A DNA stretch of 64,000 nucleotides from Malacoraja senta (lineage: Eukaryota). The translations under genes were made by a program, and so were the position numbers. This document shows, piece after piece, positions 1 to 11,982 of the stretch (the first letter of the stretch is position 1; every line of letters begins with the position of its first letter). The stretch spans positions 9,178,001 through 9,242,000 of the forward strand of contig CM075988.1 of the NCBI GenBank assembly GCA_038087875.1, read 5' to 3'. Under the pieces are notes generated by a model. It was not told the origin of the DNA. It saw only the letters and a program-made list of their open reading frames with translations, and ran no database searches.

Positions 1-244
1 GAGCAGACACATCTTGTGAAAGATTACTTACCTTTTACTCATTAGATATTCTTACTTCAAATCTTTTTTTTCTGTTAAATTTCATTTATTTTACCTGCTG
101 TTTCTCTTCCCACCGACTCCACACTGACCATTAACCAACTAATCCGTCACTAATCTAATCCAATTTTCATCCTGCGATATTGAGATCAAATTCTCTCTCC
201 CCCGCACCCCTTCCTCCAGCATTTCTCATCTATTTCGAGGCACT

Positions 245-436
245 TTACAGGGGACAATTAACCTTCCAACCCACTAGTTCTTGGGACGTGAGAGGAAACG
301 GGTGCACCCAGAGGAAAACCAAGTGTTCACAGTGAGAATGTGGAAGCTCTACATCAACAATAACCGAGGTGAAGATGAAACCTGGTTCTCTGGCATTGTG
401 AGGTAGCGGCTCTACAAGCTGTGCCACTGCACTGCT
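245..436 (-). mobile_element. Degenerate tRNA-derived SINE (HE1/V-SINE type), partial
   Basis: Reverse strand shows a tRNA-like head (GTGGCACAGCTTGTAGAGCCGCTACC...CCAGGTTTCATC) and a diverged central domain similar to the intact copies in this window. Confidence 0.65.
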
Positions 437-1266
437 AACAATAAAAAAAAATCAACCTCTCCCCACCAGCCAGAGCCCATCCTTCGTCTTTTGGCCAGAG
501 TCCTTTTGGGTTTCAGGATCACCCCAAAACTCAGTGTAGTGTGGGTTACTGCAAAACCAGGCTACTCACTGGATACAAAGGCCAGCAGATCACAGCTCCC
601 AGTGGCACCCCAGTGAACCCCTATACCAGCGAGAAGGTGGTAAATTGTTGGCTGATTTTTCCAACCTGAAGCAAGTGTAAATTCCGGCAGTTGCCATAGT
701 AACCACCAGCATCAAGGTTGAACTACCCAGACCAATGTGTTTTATTTCACCGGATGAGCCAACGAATAATATTGAAGCTCAACCATCCAAGCTTCTCATT
801 AGAGCTAAAACAATTATTAGTGAAATTGAACTGAAAGACTATTTTTGCTGTTTGATTGTAAAGCGTAAACAGTCAATACACAGTTGATAAGCCTGTTTGG
901 ATGTTGACTGCTTTTGAATTATCATGGAGGTTTGCACCAGAAATTAGATTAGCTGTTCTCTGTGATAAATTGCTGCAAATGCAAAGCCCAACTATTTTAT
1001 CTTGACAAAAGCTATCCCCTATTCTGAACCTTAGTGGATAATAAACAAACTTGGGCTTGGCAGCACCAATAGATTCCAAGAACCAATAAAACTGAAATAG
1101 TTCAGAAAAATAGCATCCACAGCCAGCATTAATGCATGGAATGTGCACACAGCACCATTAACATGATGAACCGTTCAACTGGGCTCACGGGAACATTCAG
1201 GCAACATTTGCTGCCAGGCAGCATTTTGAAGAATGCGAACAGGTAAGTGAGCCCTAGTTTAGTTTA

Positions 1267-1391
1267 ACAATCTCGACCCGAAATGTCTCCTATTCCTTCT
1301 CTCCAGAGATGCTGCCTGTCCTGCTGAGTTACTCCAGCAGTTTTGTACCTACCTTTGATTTAAACCAGCATCTGCAGTTCTTTCCTGCACA
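1267..1391 (+). mobile_element. Penelope-like element 3' terminal (pLTR) fragment inserted in a SINE tail
   Basis: Matches the 3' terminus of the PLE at 32505-32637; flanked by direct repeat CCTAGTTTAGTTTA (1253-1266 and 1392-1405). Confidence 0.8.
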
Positions 1392-1392
1392 C

Positions 1393-1702
1393 CTAGTTTA
1401 GTTTAGTTTAGAGATAAAGCGCGGAAGCAGACCCTTCGGTCCACTGAGCCCGCACCAACCAGCGATCCCCACACATTAATACTACCCTACACACACTAGG
1501 TGCAATTTTACATTTATACCAAGCCAATTAACCGACAAACCTGTACGTCTTTGGAGTGTGGGAGGAAACCGGGGATCTCTGAGAAAACTCACGCAGGTCA
1601 CGGGGTGAACGTATAAATTCCGTACAGACAAGCACCCATAGTCAGGATTGAACCCGGGTCGCTCTAAGGCAGCAACTCTACCGCTAGCCAAACGTGCCGC
1701 CC
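1393..1702 (-). mobile_element. Full-length tRNA-derived SINE (HE1/V-SINE type)
   Basis: tRNA-like head with B box GGGTTCAATCC, central domain GGTTTCCTCCCACACTCCAAAGACG, CR1-like 3' end and (CTAAA)n tail on the minus strand. Confidence 0.9.
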
Positions 1703-2496
1703 TAGTTATAGCAAGATATTAGGATTATGTTAAAGGAGAGGCAGAGAGATCTGTAGGAAGATCTTAGAATAAAGGAAAAAAAGTAAACGTTGGATCGTAG
1801 TACAAAATCATACTCACAGTGGAAAGCCATTCGGCCCATCATCTTTGTACGTGTACCTTCTGTGTACAACCCAGAATCCACTGGCATTTTGGGAGATTCT
1901 GCAACCCAGAAGGACACTGAGCGAAACACAAAGAATGAACTCTGGCTGGTGGGGAGAGGGTAATTATTATTAATTCCAATTTCTCTCCCCACGGTCCAAT
2001 GTCTTTTAAAAAATGTATTGATTCTGATTTTAAAATTATTATTAAAAATGCATGAAGTGCTCTATCAGGCAGTGCATTTATAGCAGATGGCACGTAAAAT
2101 AATATGGCACTCTTTAATTTTTACACCATTCCTTTAAATCTGTTCAGGTTTCTGAGCTTGTGCCACTTCTTATTTATTTTCTCTTCCAGCAGTTAAGTTT
2201 CCTCTGCTGTAATGAAAATAATCCCAGGTTCTTTTGTCTTGCCGTTCGGTGGCAAATCACTTCTGCACTTGTCTCACGGTCAGACACGATCTTGTCGTAT
2301 GTGAGTTAGTGTTTTGATGGAAATCCACCAGCTGGCAGCATTGTACGTGTTAGGCTTGGCAACGACTGCTGCAGAGGGGATGAATGGAACCCGCTGGAGG
2401 TCAAATGGAAGAGCATTCAATCTTCTGTTCAGTCCTTGGGCTCAGCATTGTATTCAGGGATGTCCTGTTATGTCCTGAGCTGGAAGGCCAGACACC

Positions 2497-2805
2497 CAGA
2501 GATACAGCAAGGAAACAGGCCCTTCGGCCCACCGAGTCCGCACCGACCAGCGATCCCCGCACATTAACACACTAAGGACAATTTACATTTATGGCAAGTA
2601 TACAAACCCAAGACAATTAACTTACAAACCTGTATGTCTTTAGAGTGTGGGAGGAAACCGAAGATCTTGGAGAAAACCCACACAATCACGGGGAGAACGT
2701 ACAAACTCCGTACAGACAGTACCCATAGTCAGAATCGAACCTGAGTCTCTGGCGCTGCAGGCGCTGTAAGGCAGCAACTCTACCGTTGCGCCACCGTGTC
2801 ACCCT
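2497..2805 (-). mobile_element. tRNA-derived SINE (HE1/V-SINE type)
   Basis: Same head, central domain and 3' end as the other copies. Confidence 0.9.
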
Positions 2806-3645
2806 GGCCCCACAGATTCATGTCAGCCATGGCTGGTACATGTAGCATGCCCCAATTCATTTCAATGGGACTGCTGACTTTCACTAAATTATTTTAACTT
2901 AAGCTAGCGTCTTAATTAACTTCTATGATTTTGACATGATTTAAAATAAACTTTAAAACATATGTTTATTCATCATTTTGAACTTTAAATCATTTGTTTC
3001 CTCCACCCCCTCCACTGTTTCTCAATATCGTTAATCCCAGAAACATTTGGAAATGGTAAAGAAAAATGGTTGAAAACATGAGCAACCATCAGGATGGTCT
3101 GGGGGAAGAACATTCGCTTCCACCTCTTGTGGTGCCGATGTGTTTGTGGACTTGTCACTAGTGGAGGGGACCGCATTCGTGATGTGAGTGGCGGGAATGT
3201 GAAGACCTACGCCACTATTAGAGATAGGTGCAACACAGGGCTAGCATACACTAGCATACACTAGTGAAGGGTAATGTCCACTTGATAACCCCAATGATAT
3301 AATTGCATACATGATCAGTTGTTTTTAAATGGGCTTATGTAGGTCGTTGATTATTGCATATGGATTTAGTTATTGTCCTTAGCATAAGGTTGTATAATCA
3401 GTTTAGATAGTACTTTGGCTTTGGGCTTGGTTGAGTTCATATCCTGGTGTTATAGCTCAAGTACTTTGTGTTTCAATAGTAATTGGGGCCACATGCTGAG
3501 TCCAGAAAGGTTTATGCCATTGTTCCGAAGGTTGGTGGCCAGAATTGTAAAGGAGGCTGCAGGTATGGCCCAACTAACGCTTCATGATATCTTTTCAATG
3601 CAGTCCATGCATCTGTTTATAAATATCAATTTCGGGTATTTAGGG

Positions 3646-3928
3646 TTTTAGAGATACAGCATGGCAGATGGGCCTTTGTCCCACTGAGTCCACAGTGACC
3701 AGAGATCCCCGTACACTAGAACTATCCAAAACACACGGGTCAATTCAGAGATGCCAATTAATCTACAAACCTGCATATCTTTGGTAAACAGGAGCGCCAA
3801 GAGAAAACTCACACGGCCACAGGAAGAACATACAAACTCCATACAGACAGCACCCATAAACAGGATTGAAGCCAGGTTTCTGGCACTGTAAGACAGCAAC
3901 TCTACCACTGCACCATTATGCCACCCCT
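3646..3928 (-). mobile_element. tRNA-derived SINE (HE1/V-SINE type)
   Basis: Same structure, with small internal deletions. Confidence 0.85.
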
Positions 3929-5624
3929 AAATTCACCATTGTTATTAGCCTTCTCAATTAATTTGTCATCTTCATATTGTCTATCAGTCCTGAACTCACG
4001 GTAAAATTCTAAAATTGTACCAGTCAGTTTAAATTGCCTTTTCTAAAAATATATAAATGTGTCTTTCTCTGTGATAAACTGCACCTCCTTTGACCTGCTC
4101 ACTTTACTAATCTCTCTGTACTTTCAGTCTTTTAAATCTTTCTATATCACTTATGAACTTTGAAATTAAGTTTTATATTGACAAATCTAGAATATTAATA
4201 CTTTGTAACAAAGCTATTGTTCAGACACTGAAATGCAACAAACTCACTTTCATCCAGTCTCCACAGAACAGTTCTTTACAATTATCTGTCTCAAAGTCAA
4301 TACTGTATCTATACTGTCACTATCCCTTTGGGTATCAATGGCTTCACTTTTCCCATCAAGTCTATTACGTGGAACTTTACCAAGTATCTTTGGAAATCTA
4401 TGCACACAAGATTAACCTTTATCAACCCTCTTTTGTTGCCCCATCAAAGAAGCCAATCTATTTATTTATGCATGAGTTTCTATTGATCTATCTGATCTGG
4501 CCATTATTTACCAATTTGTATGTTTCCATTGGTAATTAATTTTGTCTTGATTTTTGTCTGAATAACCTTCCCATCATCGAAGCCTAGCTCATTACTTCGT
4601 TCTCCGCCATCTTTTTTAAACAGTAGTTTATCACCTGGAGCCCTCCAAACAGTTTGGACTTACAGTATATCCATAACTATGGAGCATTGGAAAATTGTGC
4701 CCCTTACCTTCACCCTTGGGAAGCTAATGCAAATGACTGCTGTCCAAGGTTATTTTCCTATTTTCAGCATCCCCAACTTTGAGGTCGCTGGTGTTTGGTT
4801 GTCTTATCATATTCCGTTTCGCAACTAATCAACCACGCACAGTAAAATTGGCAGCTGTGTTATTGAAGAGATTTATGAAGCCCTTGTTTATTTCTTCAGT
4901 CACGCCTACTGCCTTATCAGGAAGATTTCAATTGAATGTCAGCTCTGCGTTGTGGTTGGGAGAGTGTCAGATACTTGTGTCGTGCTGTGCAGTGGGTGAG
5001 GACATCAGGGTCACTTGCATGTCAGGGAGTGGTGTTGCCTGAAGGGAGAATGTGTTGAAAATCAGGCTCTGGGTGAAGAAAACGACTGAGTACCTCACTG
5101 GAGGTCTCCACACTGCAGTGGGTTCAGTGGATCATGGAGGGACGAGGATGGGTAAGGATTCAGGGGACAGGATGGAGAATGAGGCAGGAATGAGGAAATG
5201 GGAGAGTGAAAGGGGTCCGGAGAATGAAATGTAAGCTGAAAATTGCCAGGACCACGTAAAAAACTGGGCTCCTTGTACTCTGACAGAGCAGTGTTGTCAA
5301 GGCATCAAGTGTAAATCGTCCCAGAACCATGTTTAAATTTCCAAAATAACAAAATGACCTATGAATTGTTGTTAGTTTTCAATCCAGAATTTTTTTTACA
5401 TTACATTGAAAAGAAAAGCTTTATGCAATTGAATTCCTTGGCCTTTATGATTAGACCAATGGAAGTCAAAACCCGTGGAACAATAGATGCCCACAGCTCT
5501 CTTTCTCACAGAAATGGTTTTCCACTCTGCCTGATTAACTTCCTGTTTGACAATTTAATATTGCTCGTTATTTTAACCGTTGATATTTGATCCCAATTCA
5601 GCCAGACCGTAATAAAAAGGAACT

Positions 5625-5726
5625 TCAGATGGTGGTTTATACCAAAGATAGACACAAAATGCAGGCGTAACTTAACAGGTCAGGATGCATCTCTAGAGAA
5701 AAATGTTCCAGGTCGCGACCCTTCTT
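5625..5726 (-). mobile_element. PLE terminal fragment
   Basis: Degenerate reverse match to the PLE 3' terminus (GACACAAAATGC...GCATCTCTAGAGAAAA...GACCCTTC). Confidence 0.65.
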
Positions 5727-7569
5727 TACCCACACTGGGTTCCCTCAAAATTTCCCCTCAACTATTTTCAAAGTAATAGTTCTTTAAAATTTTGGTTAGA
5801 TATTCTTACCCTGATAACATTACAATAATAATCAAACCATACCCCACCAGTTCACCTGTTGAAACATGTACCAATTGGCATCTTAAGCTGGAAAGAGTGC
5901 ATCAAAAAGATTTACGAAGATGTTGTCAGGACCTCTCCCCTGGTGCCATCTGCCCATCCACCCTTCTTCACCTGGATCCACTTGTTGCTTAGCTGCTCCT
6001 GCACTCCCCCCCCCCCCCATCTCTTTGTACCGTTTATCTCCCCATTTCAAAGGGTCTTGACCTGAAACATCGACTATCGCTTTGCCTCCACAGATGTCCG
6101 ACGGAGTTCCCCCAGAAACTTGTTGACTCTGCCTGTTAACATTTCTTAAAACGGTAGTCAGAATTTCCAAAGTCTCCCTTCTTCCCCACGATGAGTGTGT
6201 AATCTGAGCATGTAATATGAGCGGATGAACAACAGTCACATCCAATGTGCATAGTACAAAACAACTCGGAGTCCGTCGATGTGAAACACTTGCCGAGAGC
6301 CGTTTTATTTCTCATTGACTTACAGGAACTGTTGAGTAAATCACATATACTCACGGATCTGGTACAACAGTATTTATTGAGTAGCGTATACAACACACTG
6401 CAGCATGTTAATCCTACCATGCAGCAGTACCAACTAACAGCACATGTTGGGTTGCGATAATATGAATGGTGTGTGTTGTGTCCTGCAGTCACCATTAGAG
6501 GGCTCTGTCTCGAAATGAATGTTTCCTGAGGAAGGGTTCCGGGGGGGATCTGCAGGGCTTTAGCGGCAGCCATGTTGGCTTGAAATAAATACACTTCGGG
6601 TTCTGTACACCAAGGGTCGTTTGTGAGTTATTTAGCCCTTGAATACAACAGTGTGGTAGTAGGCAGAGCTTATATTATTATATTTGGTTAGTAAGTAATG
6701 TAACCAATCTACAGGAACATACTTCAAAGCATGACTAAGAGGAGTTGATTTTCCTTAGGTTTAATAAACAGAAGTAGAAGCGAAACTATATTGAACAATC
6801 CATCATATTGGGTGGTGGGAATTCAATTCTGAGTTATCACTTGTCGCTTTTAAAGTAGGCACTCGTTTCCAACTGCTAACCCTTCAAAGCCCAAGCATTC
6901 ACTCTCGAATGCCAACCAACTAACGGAACTGCCCCATCCAGCATTTTCTTTCATGTCGAAAACTATCAGGTCGCCCTCAAAGTGTCATCCCTCAGCGGTG
7001 GAATTTAATCTAACTTCTGCTTCCCAGTTTCACATTAGCGATCGTCGACCAAGCAGACCCTGACCATCAGAGTCAGTAGCAGCTCATCGGTGGATCCAGG
7101 GACTGATGGTCTGCCGTTTAACACCGTGAAGTGAAAAGTAAAATGATTTCAGTGCAATGACATTTCACTTCACGCATGACTTGATAAAGGAAGCCTTCAC
7201 ACCTGTCGGCAGGATACAGAGTAGCTGCCACATTGAATAAAGCGAGCTGGAATTATTGTGTATGATTGCACCTCACACACTTTAATATGTTTCCCATCCT
7301 CCCGTATGTGCTACCATTTGTGGAATAGATCAAGTCCGCATCGTATGCTGCGCGTATTGATTGCAGTCTGTGTGCTGTCTTGTAAATAATACATTGCAGC
7401 CTGCATATTCACCTCTATCGCACGGCCTTAGTTTCACGACAGGTATGATGCATAATACCATTTGTGCGAAGTTGCTGTGCATAAATTTCCTGCCAGATTT
7501 CCGAAATTACTGCAGTGATCTGACTTCAGAAGCACCTAGTCAGGTGTGCAGCAGGCTGGGATATCATAA

Positions 7570-7665
7570 AGATAGACACAAAAAGCTGGAATAACTCAGT
7601 GGAACAGGCAGCATCTCTGGAGAGAAGGAATGGGTGATGTTTCAGGTCGAGACCCTTCTTCAGAT
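7570..7665 (-). mobile_element. PLE terminal fragment with hammerhead-type motif
   Basis: Reverse complement reads CTGAAGAAGGGTCTCGACCTGAAACATCACC...GAGATGCTGCC. Confidence 0.8.
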
Positions 7666-8003
7666 GATCATAAAGTTGTGTAAGGCAATCTTCTGTTTTT
7701 ACTTGATGTGATTTCTTCTTCTCTCTGTATCACACTGTGATTTGATTAATATTTATAGCAATTTGCGACGTATATCTATCACCGACCAAACTGAGATTCT
7801 CCTGCAGGATCTTGAGCAGAGGAACCAAACAATAAAGGGTCAAAATAACTTGAGTAAAACACAAAATGCTGGAGTAACTTCAATGGGTCAGGTAACAATG
7901 TACCAGAGAGCTGCTGAACTCGGATAAAGGATTTAGTTTGAGTTTTTGTTGGTATGCTAATTGGTTTGTTTGGATTGCCCAGATCCTGATCCAAACAGTC
8001 TTA

Positions 8004-8624
8004 AAGGCCTGTCCCACCAGCATGCGACTGCATGCGGCGAGCGCGACCAAACGTGGTGGCTTGAGGCGTACGGCCTCGCGGGGCCGGTCCCACTTCCAAC
8101 CGCGGAGCCGTATGGAGCTGGTCCCGACATCATACTCACCAATCAGATGGGCAGGAGGCGGGCCAACTGAATTTGGACGTCGCACGGCGTCGGGCGGTTA
8201 CGTCATCACGCAACGGCACGCCAGGCGGTGACGTCATCGCGCAATGCCACTCGCTATGCGTACGCCGTCAAGACGCTGTGTTTGGCGTCAAGACGCTGCG
8301 TATGGCGTCGAGGCGGTGCGTACGGCATCGAGGTGGTGCGTACGCCCATCGAGGCGGTGCGTACGGCGTCGAAGCGGTGCGTATGCCTGTCGAGGTGGTG
8401 CGTACGCCCATCGAGGCGGTGCATACGGCCTCAATGCGGCAGCGGCCGTTGCCGAGCGGAATTTTTGAACACTGTCAATTTTTCGGAGCCCCGCGCGGTG
8501 TCGGGACCAGCTCCGCACAACTCCATACGGCTCCGGCGATCGAAGTGGGACCATCCCTGCGAGGCCGTACGGCTAGAGCGACCATGTTAGGTCAAGCTAG
8601 CCGCATGCTCGTGGGTCAGGCCCT
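8004..8624. mobile_element. Non-autonomous DNA transposon (MITE), PIF/Harbinger-type
   Basis: Termini AAGGCCTGTCCCAC / GTGGGTCAGGCCCT extending into roughly 125-bp imperfect inverted arms; TTA on both sides (8001-8003, 8625-8627); CpG-rich interior. Confidence 0.85.
8288..8432. repeat. 20-21 bp minisatellite (GCGTACGGCGTCGAGGCGGT) inside the MITE
   Basis: About 7 head-to-tail diverged copies visible. Confidence 0.85.
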
Positions 8625-8770
8625 TTACACATTATTTTTCCTCTGTCATGGATGGAACTTGTCCTCAATATAAATGGATGCAAGGAAAATTACAGGGACT
8701 TAGATTAGAGCTGATTGCTCCAGTTAAAAGTTTGGAATATCTTAGACACAGGAAGCTAGGTCAAACTATT

Positions 8771-8938
8771 TTGTTTAGTTTAGAGATACAGCGCGGATAC
8801 AGGCCCTTTGGCCCACCGAGTCTGTGCCGACCAGCGATCCCCGCACACTAGCACTCTCCAAGACACACTAGGAGCAATTTACCTAAGCCAATTAACCTAC
8901 GACACATGGTCAGGAACAAACCCGGTGCCACCATGCCA
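8771..8938 (-). mobile_element. Internally deleted SINE
   Basis: (TTTAG)n tail and 3' half joined to a remnant of the tRNA head. Confidence 0.75.
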
Positions 8939-8991
8939 TCTCTTATTTCCTCCTGTGCTGTTGCATATGAACCCATGTTTTGTATGGCATT

Positions 8992-9945
8992 GAAGGTAGG
9001 CATAAAGTGCTGGAGTAACTCAGCAGGACAGGCAGCATCTCTGGAGAGAAGGAATGTGTGACGTTTCAGGTCGAGACCCTTCTTCAGACTGAGAGTGAGG
9101 GGAGAGGGAGACACAGAGATAAGGAATAGTAAGGTGTAAAACGAGACATCAAAATAAATTAAGTTCAAGGAAAATGTGGAAATGATTATTGTTAGCTGAG
9201 AGAAGTTGACAACGAAGCAAACAGCAATAAAATTTAATCGGGGACAGTCAGACTGTTTGGAGAACTAGTGGCACGTTGGCATAGTGGTGCAGCAGTAGAA
9301 TTGGTGCCTTACAGCGAATGCAGCGCCGGAGACCCGGGTTTGATGCCGACTACGGGTGCTGTCTGTATGGAGTTTGTATGTTCTCCCCGTGACCTGCGTG
9401 GGTTTTCTCCTAGATTTTCGGTTTCCTCCCACATTCCAAAGACGTACAGATATGTAGGTTAATTGGCTTGGTATGAATGTAAAAATTGTCCCTAGTGGGT
9501 GTAGGATAGTGTTAATGTTCGGGGATCGCTGGTCGGCGTGGACCCGGTGGGACGAAAGGGCCTGTTTCCGTGCTGTATCTGTAAACTAAACTAAAAATAA
9601 GGTCTGAAGAAGAGTCTCGACCTGAAACATCGCCCACTCCTTCTCTCCAGAGATGCTGCCAGTCCTGCTGAGTTACTACAGCATTTTTTATCTATCTTAG
9701 GAAGGGGGGTGGATGGAGAGAGATGGAAAGCAAGGCGGAGGAATTGGGAGTTGGGGATAGTCTTTACAGGAGGCAGGGTGGGATGAAGTGTAGTCTAGAT
9801 AGCTGTTGGAGCCATTGGGTTTATATTAGATGTCAGTCGATAGTCTGCCTCCTTTGATGGAGACAGTAAGATCAAGAAACAGTAGGGAGCTGTCAGAGAT
9901 GGTCCAAATGAACGAATGCAGGATGGAAATTAGTAGTTAAGTTAA
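8992..9945 (-). mobile_element. Penelope-like element 3' region, interrupted by a SINE (9268-9596) and an opposite-orientation pLTR (9600-9698)
   Basis: pLTR with reverse CTGAAGAAGGGTCTCGACCTGAAACGTCAC at about 9058-9091; downstream sequence resembles the PLE at 58295-59075. Confidence 0.75.
9268..9596 (+). mobile_element. Full-length tRNA-derived SINE
   Basis: Head GGTGCAGCAGTAGAATTGG, B-box-like GGGTTTGATGCC, central GGAGTTTGTATGTTCTCCCCGTG, (CTAAA)n tail. Confidence 0.9.
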
Positions 9946-10169
9946 TATGTATGGCATTGTTGGACAAGCTAAATATGAATTAAAAATTTGCAATAAATGC
10001 AAATACTCATACACTTGTCAAAGCATTTTCTAAGATGTTTATTAGGTATTACGTCCTGTTAATATTTTATAACCTTCTGACCAAAGGACCTGCTAAATCA
10101 ACATTGCATAACTTTTCTTTCTGCATCACAAGTGCTTACATCGGACTCACCATTGCTGGGATAAGCTGT

Positions 10170-10745
10170 ACGTTTAGTTGCTGTCACAGAGAAAATATGA
10201 TAGAGATATATATATTGTATTATTGGAGATGCAGATACAGTAGACCACCAGAGATTTTTTCCCACAGTAGGGATGTCTAAAACTAGAGGGTATAGATTTA
10301 AGCTGAGAGGGAGGACATATAGGTCATAAGTCATAAGCCATGTCATAAGTAATAGAAGCAGTATTAGGCCATTCAACCCAAGTCTACTCCACCATTCAAT
10401 CATGGTTGATCTATCTCTCCCTCCTAACCCCATTCTCCTGCCTTTTCCCCATAACCTCTGACACCCATACTAATCAAGAATCTATCTATCTCTGCCTTAA
10501 AAATATCAATTGACTTGGCCTTCACAGCCTTCGTTTTCATGCACAGTAGTTGGTATCTGGAATGAGATGCGAAAGGAAGTGGTGAAGGCAGAGACAGTAA
10601 CAGTTTAATAGGCATGTGTATAGCTACCTAAATGAGCAGCACATAGAAGAATAAGAAATGTATGCAAGCAAATCGGATTAGTATAAATAGGTTTGATGAT
10701 CAGCACAGTCAAAACGGGCAGAAGGGCCTGTTTTTATGCTGAACT
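10170..10745 (+). mobile_element. Old CR1 LINE 3' fragment with a younger inverted CR1 3' end (about 10322-10530) inserted
   Basis: Diverged CR1 3' motifs (TCTAAAACTAGAGGG, AAGGGCCTGTTT); the inverted piece translates as DIFKAEIDRFL (ORF 10424-10615). Confidence 0.65.
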
Positions 10746-11087
10746 CTCTAATTATTAACGAATTCATAACTCTTCAGAATCACCTCAAATCAAAAGAGAA
10801 TTCTTAATCAGATTTTATGCTTCTCTGGGGCGTCCTTAAATCTAAGATCAAATATTCTTGGCCTCTTCACAGATTGCAACAATTCTCGTGATAAATAGGA
10901 AATATCTTCCTAACTACCCAACTAAGTGGTTAATTGTAATTTAGTGCAAGCTTCCAGCTAACTTGTATTCTGGAATGTTTAGGTGCAGAGAGTGTTGGCT
11001 TTATTTATCCCTGGTGACATCAACACTGAACTAGGTTACAATACTTCCAGAGGTGTAACGGACAAGAGCTGAGAAGTTATTTTGAAC

Positions 11088-11280
11088 ACAAGGAGCTGCA
11101 GATGCTAGACTTTTGAGTAAAGCACAAAGTTCTGGAGTAACTGAGTTGATCAGGCAGCATCTCTGGAGGACATGGATAGGGTTTTTGGGTGGGGTCCCTG
11201 TGTCCCAAACTGAAACATTATCTATCCACGTTCTTCAGAGATGCTGCCTGAGCCATTTAGTTATTCCAACACTTTGTGTG
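11088..11280. mobile_element. Fold-back pair of PLE termini
   Basis: CACAAAGTTCTGGAGTAACT...GCAGCATCTCTGGAGGACATGGATAG is mirrored by CTATCCACGTTCTTCAGAGATGCTGCC...CACTTTGTG. Confidence 0.75.
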
Positions 11281-11982
11281 TTAATCAAGTTAATTTAACC
11301 CTTTATTAAACACTGGCCACAAATGAAGTAGGATATCCAGTTCAGATTTAAAAAAGCATATTCAAGTCCCAGAAAGGACTCGTTAAAGAATGGTTTTAGC
11401 GGTGAGGGATCTCTGCCATATTCATAATGGAGAAGTTCAATATTTTTCTTCTTGAAAGAAGGAATGTTGAGAGAAGTTTCAATCGAGGAGTGGAGGATCT
11501 TAACTAGAGGTAAATAGCAAGACATGAAGATACAGGTTTAAAAGATTGGTCAATAGATACCAAGGGATTGCGAGAAAAGGGATTTTCGTTCCAAGAGTAG
11601 TTATGCTCTGAATTTGTTAATATTGCCTCAATTAAAGACACCATAAAATGGAGGATCCCTGCACTAGTCAGAATTGCTTAACCCTTGTCAGCTGAATATT
11701 ACAGGCTTTGATTGGTGCCAGCCAGTCTAGGCTCAGACTGATATGCAGGCTGGTAAGGGGTCCAGGTGTTCTCCATGTTTCTCTTAAATTGATAACATAT
11801 ATAGTGGTTTTGCAACCAACCTTAAATGCATCATTTCTATTGGGTCACTGCAAAAGCATTGTAAAACAGTATAAATAATGTTGCAAGATGGTCATCCTGT
11901 TAATTGATGATTGGTCGAACTGTTGAGCCTTGGAGAAATTGTTTGATTCCCATGGCACATGTTTCAATGTTTGTTCTTGTTA

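Noticed and set aside
2190..2300. Candidate plus-strand exon (polypyrimidine-CAG ... GTGAGT), and similar candidates near 1201-1242, 28903-28964, 56058-56098 and 58203-58230
   Set aside because: Splice-like signals are present but the peptides match nothing I recognise and do not chain into a gene; RNA-seq would be needed
6136..6594. 152-aa minus-strand ORF with a good ATG context (CCAACATGG)
   Set aside because: No recognisable domain; the ATG context coincides with a YY1-like motif; no supported downstream exons
7176..7216. SECIS element (ATGA-N11-AA...GA), or H/ACA snoRNA for the upstream hairpins
   Set aside because: Helix pairing is poor, no selenoprotein context is visible, and there is no ANANNA hinge or terminal ACA
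7880..8673. Overlapping Arg/Ala-rich ORFs here and at 11904-12963
   Set aside because: Stop-poor frames caused by GC-rich MITE interiors; no transposase motifs
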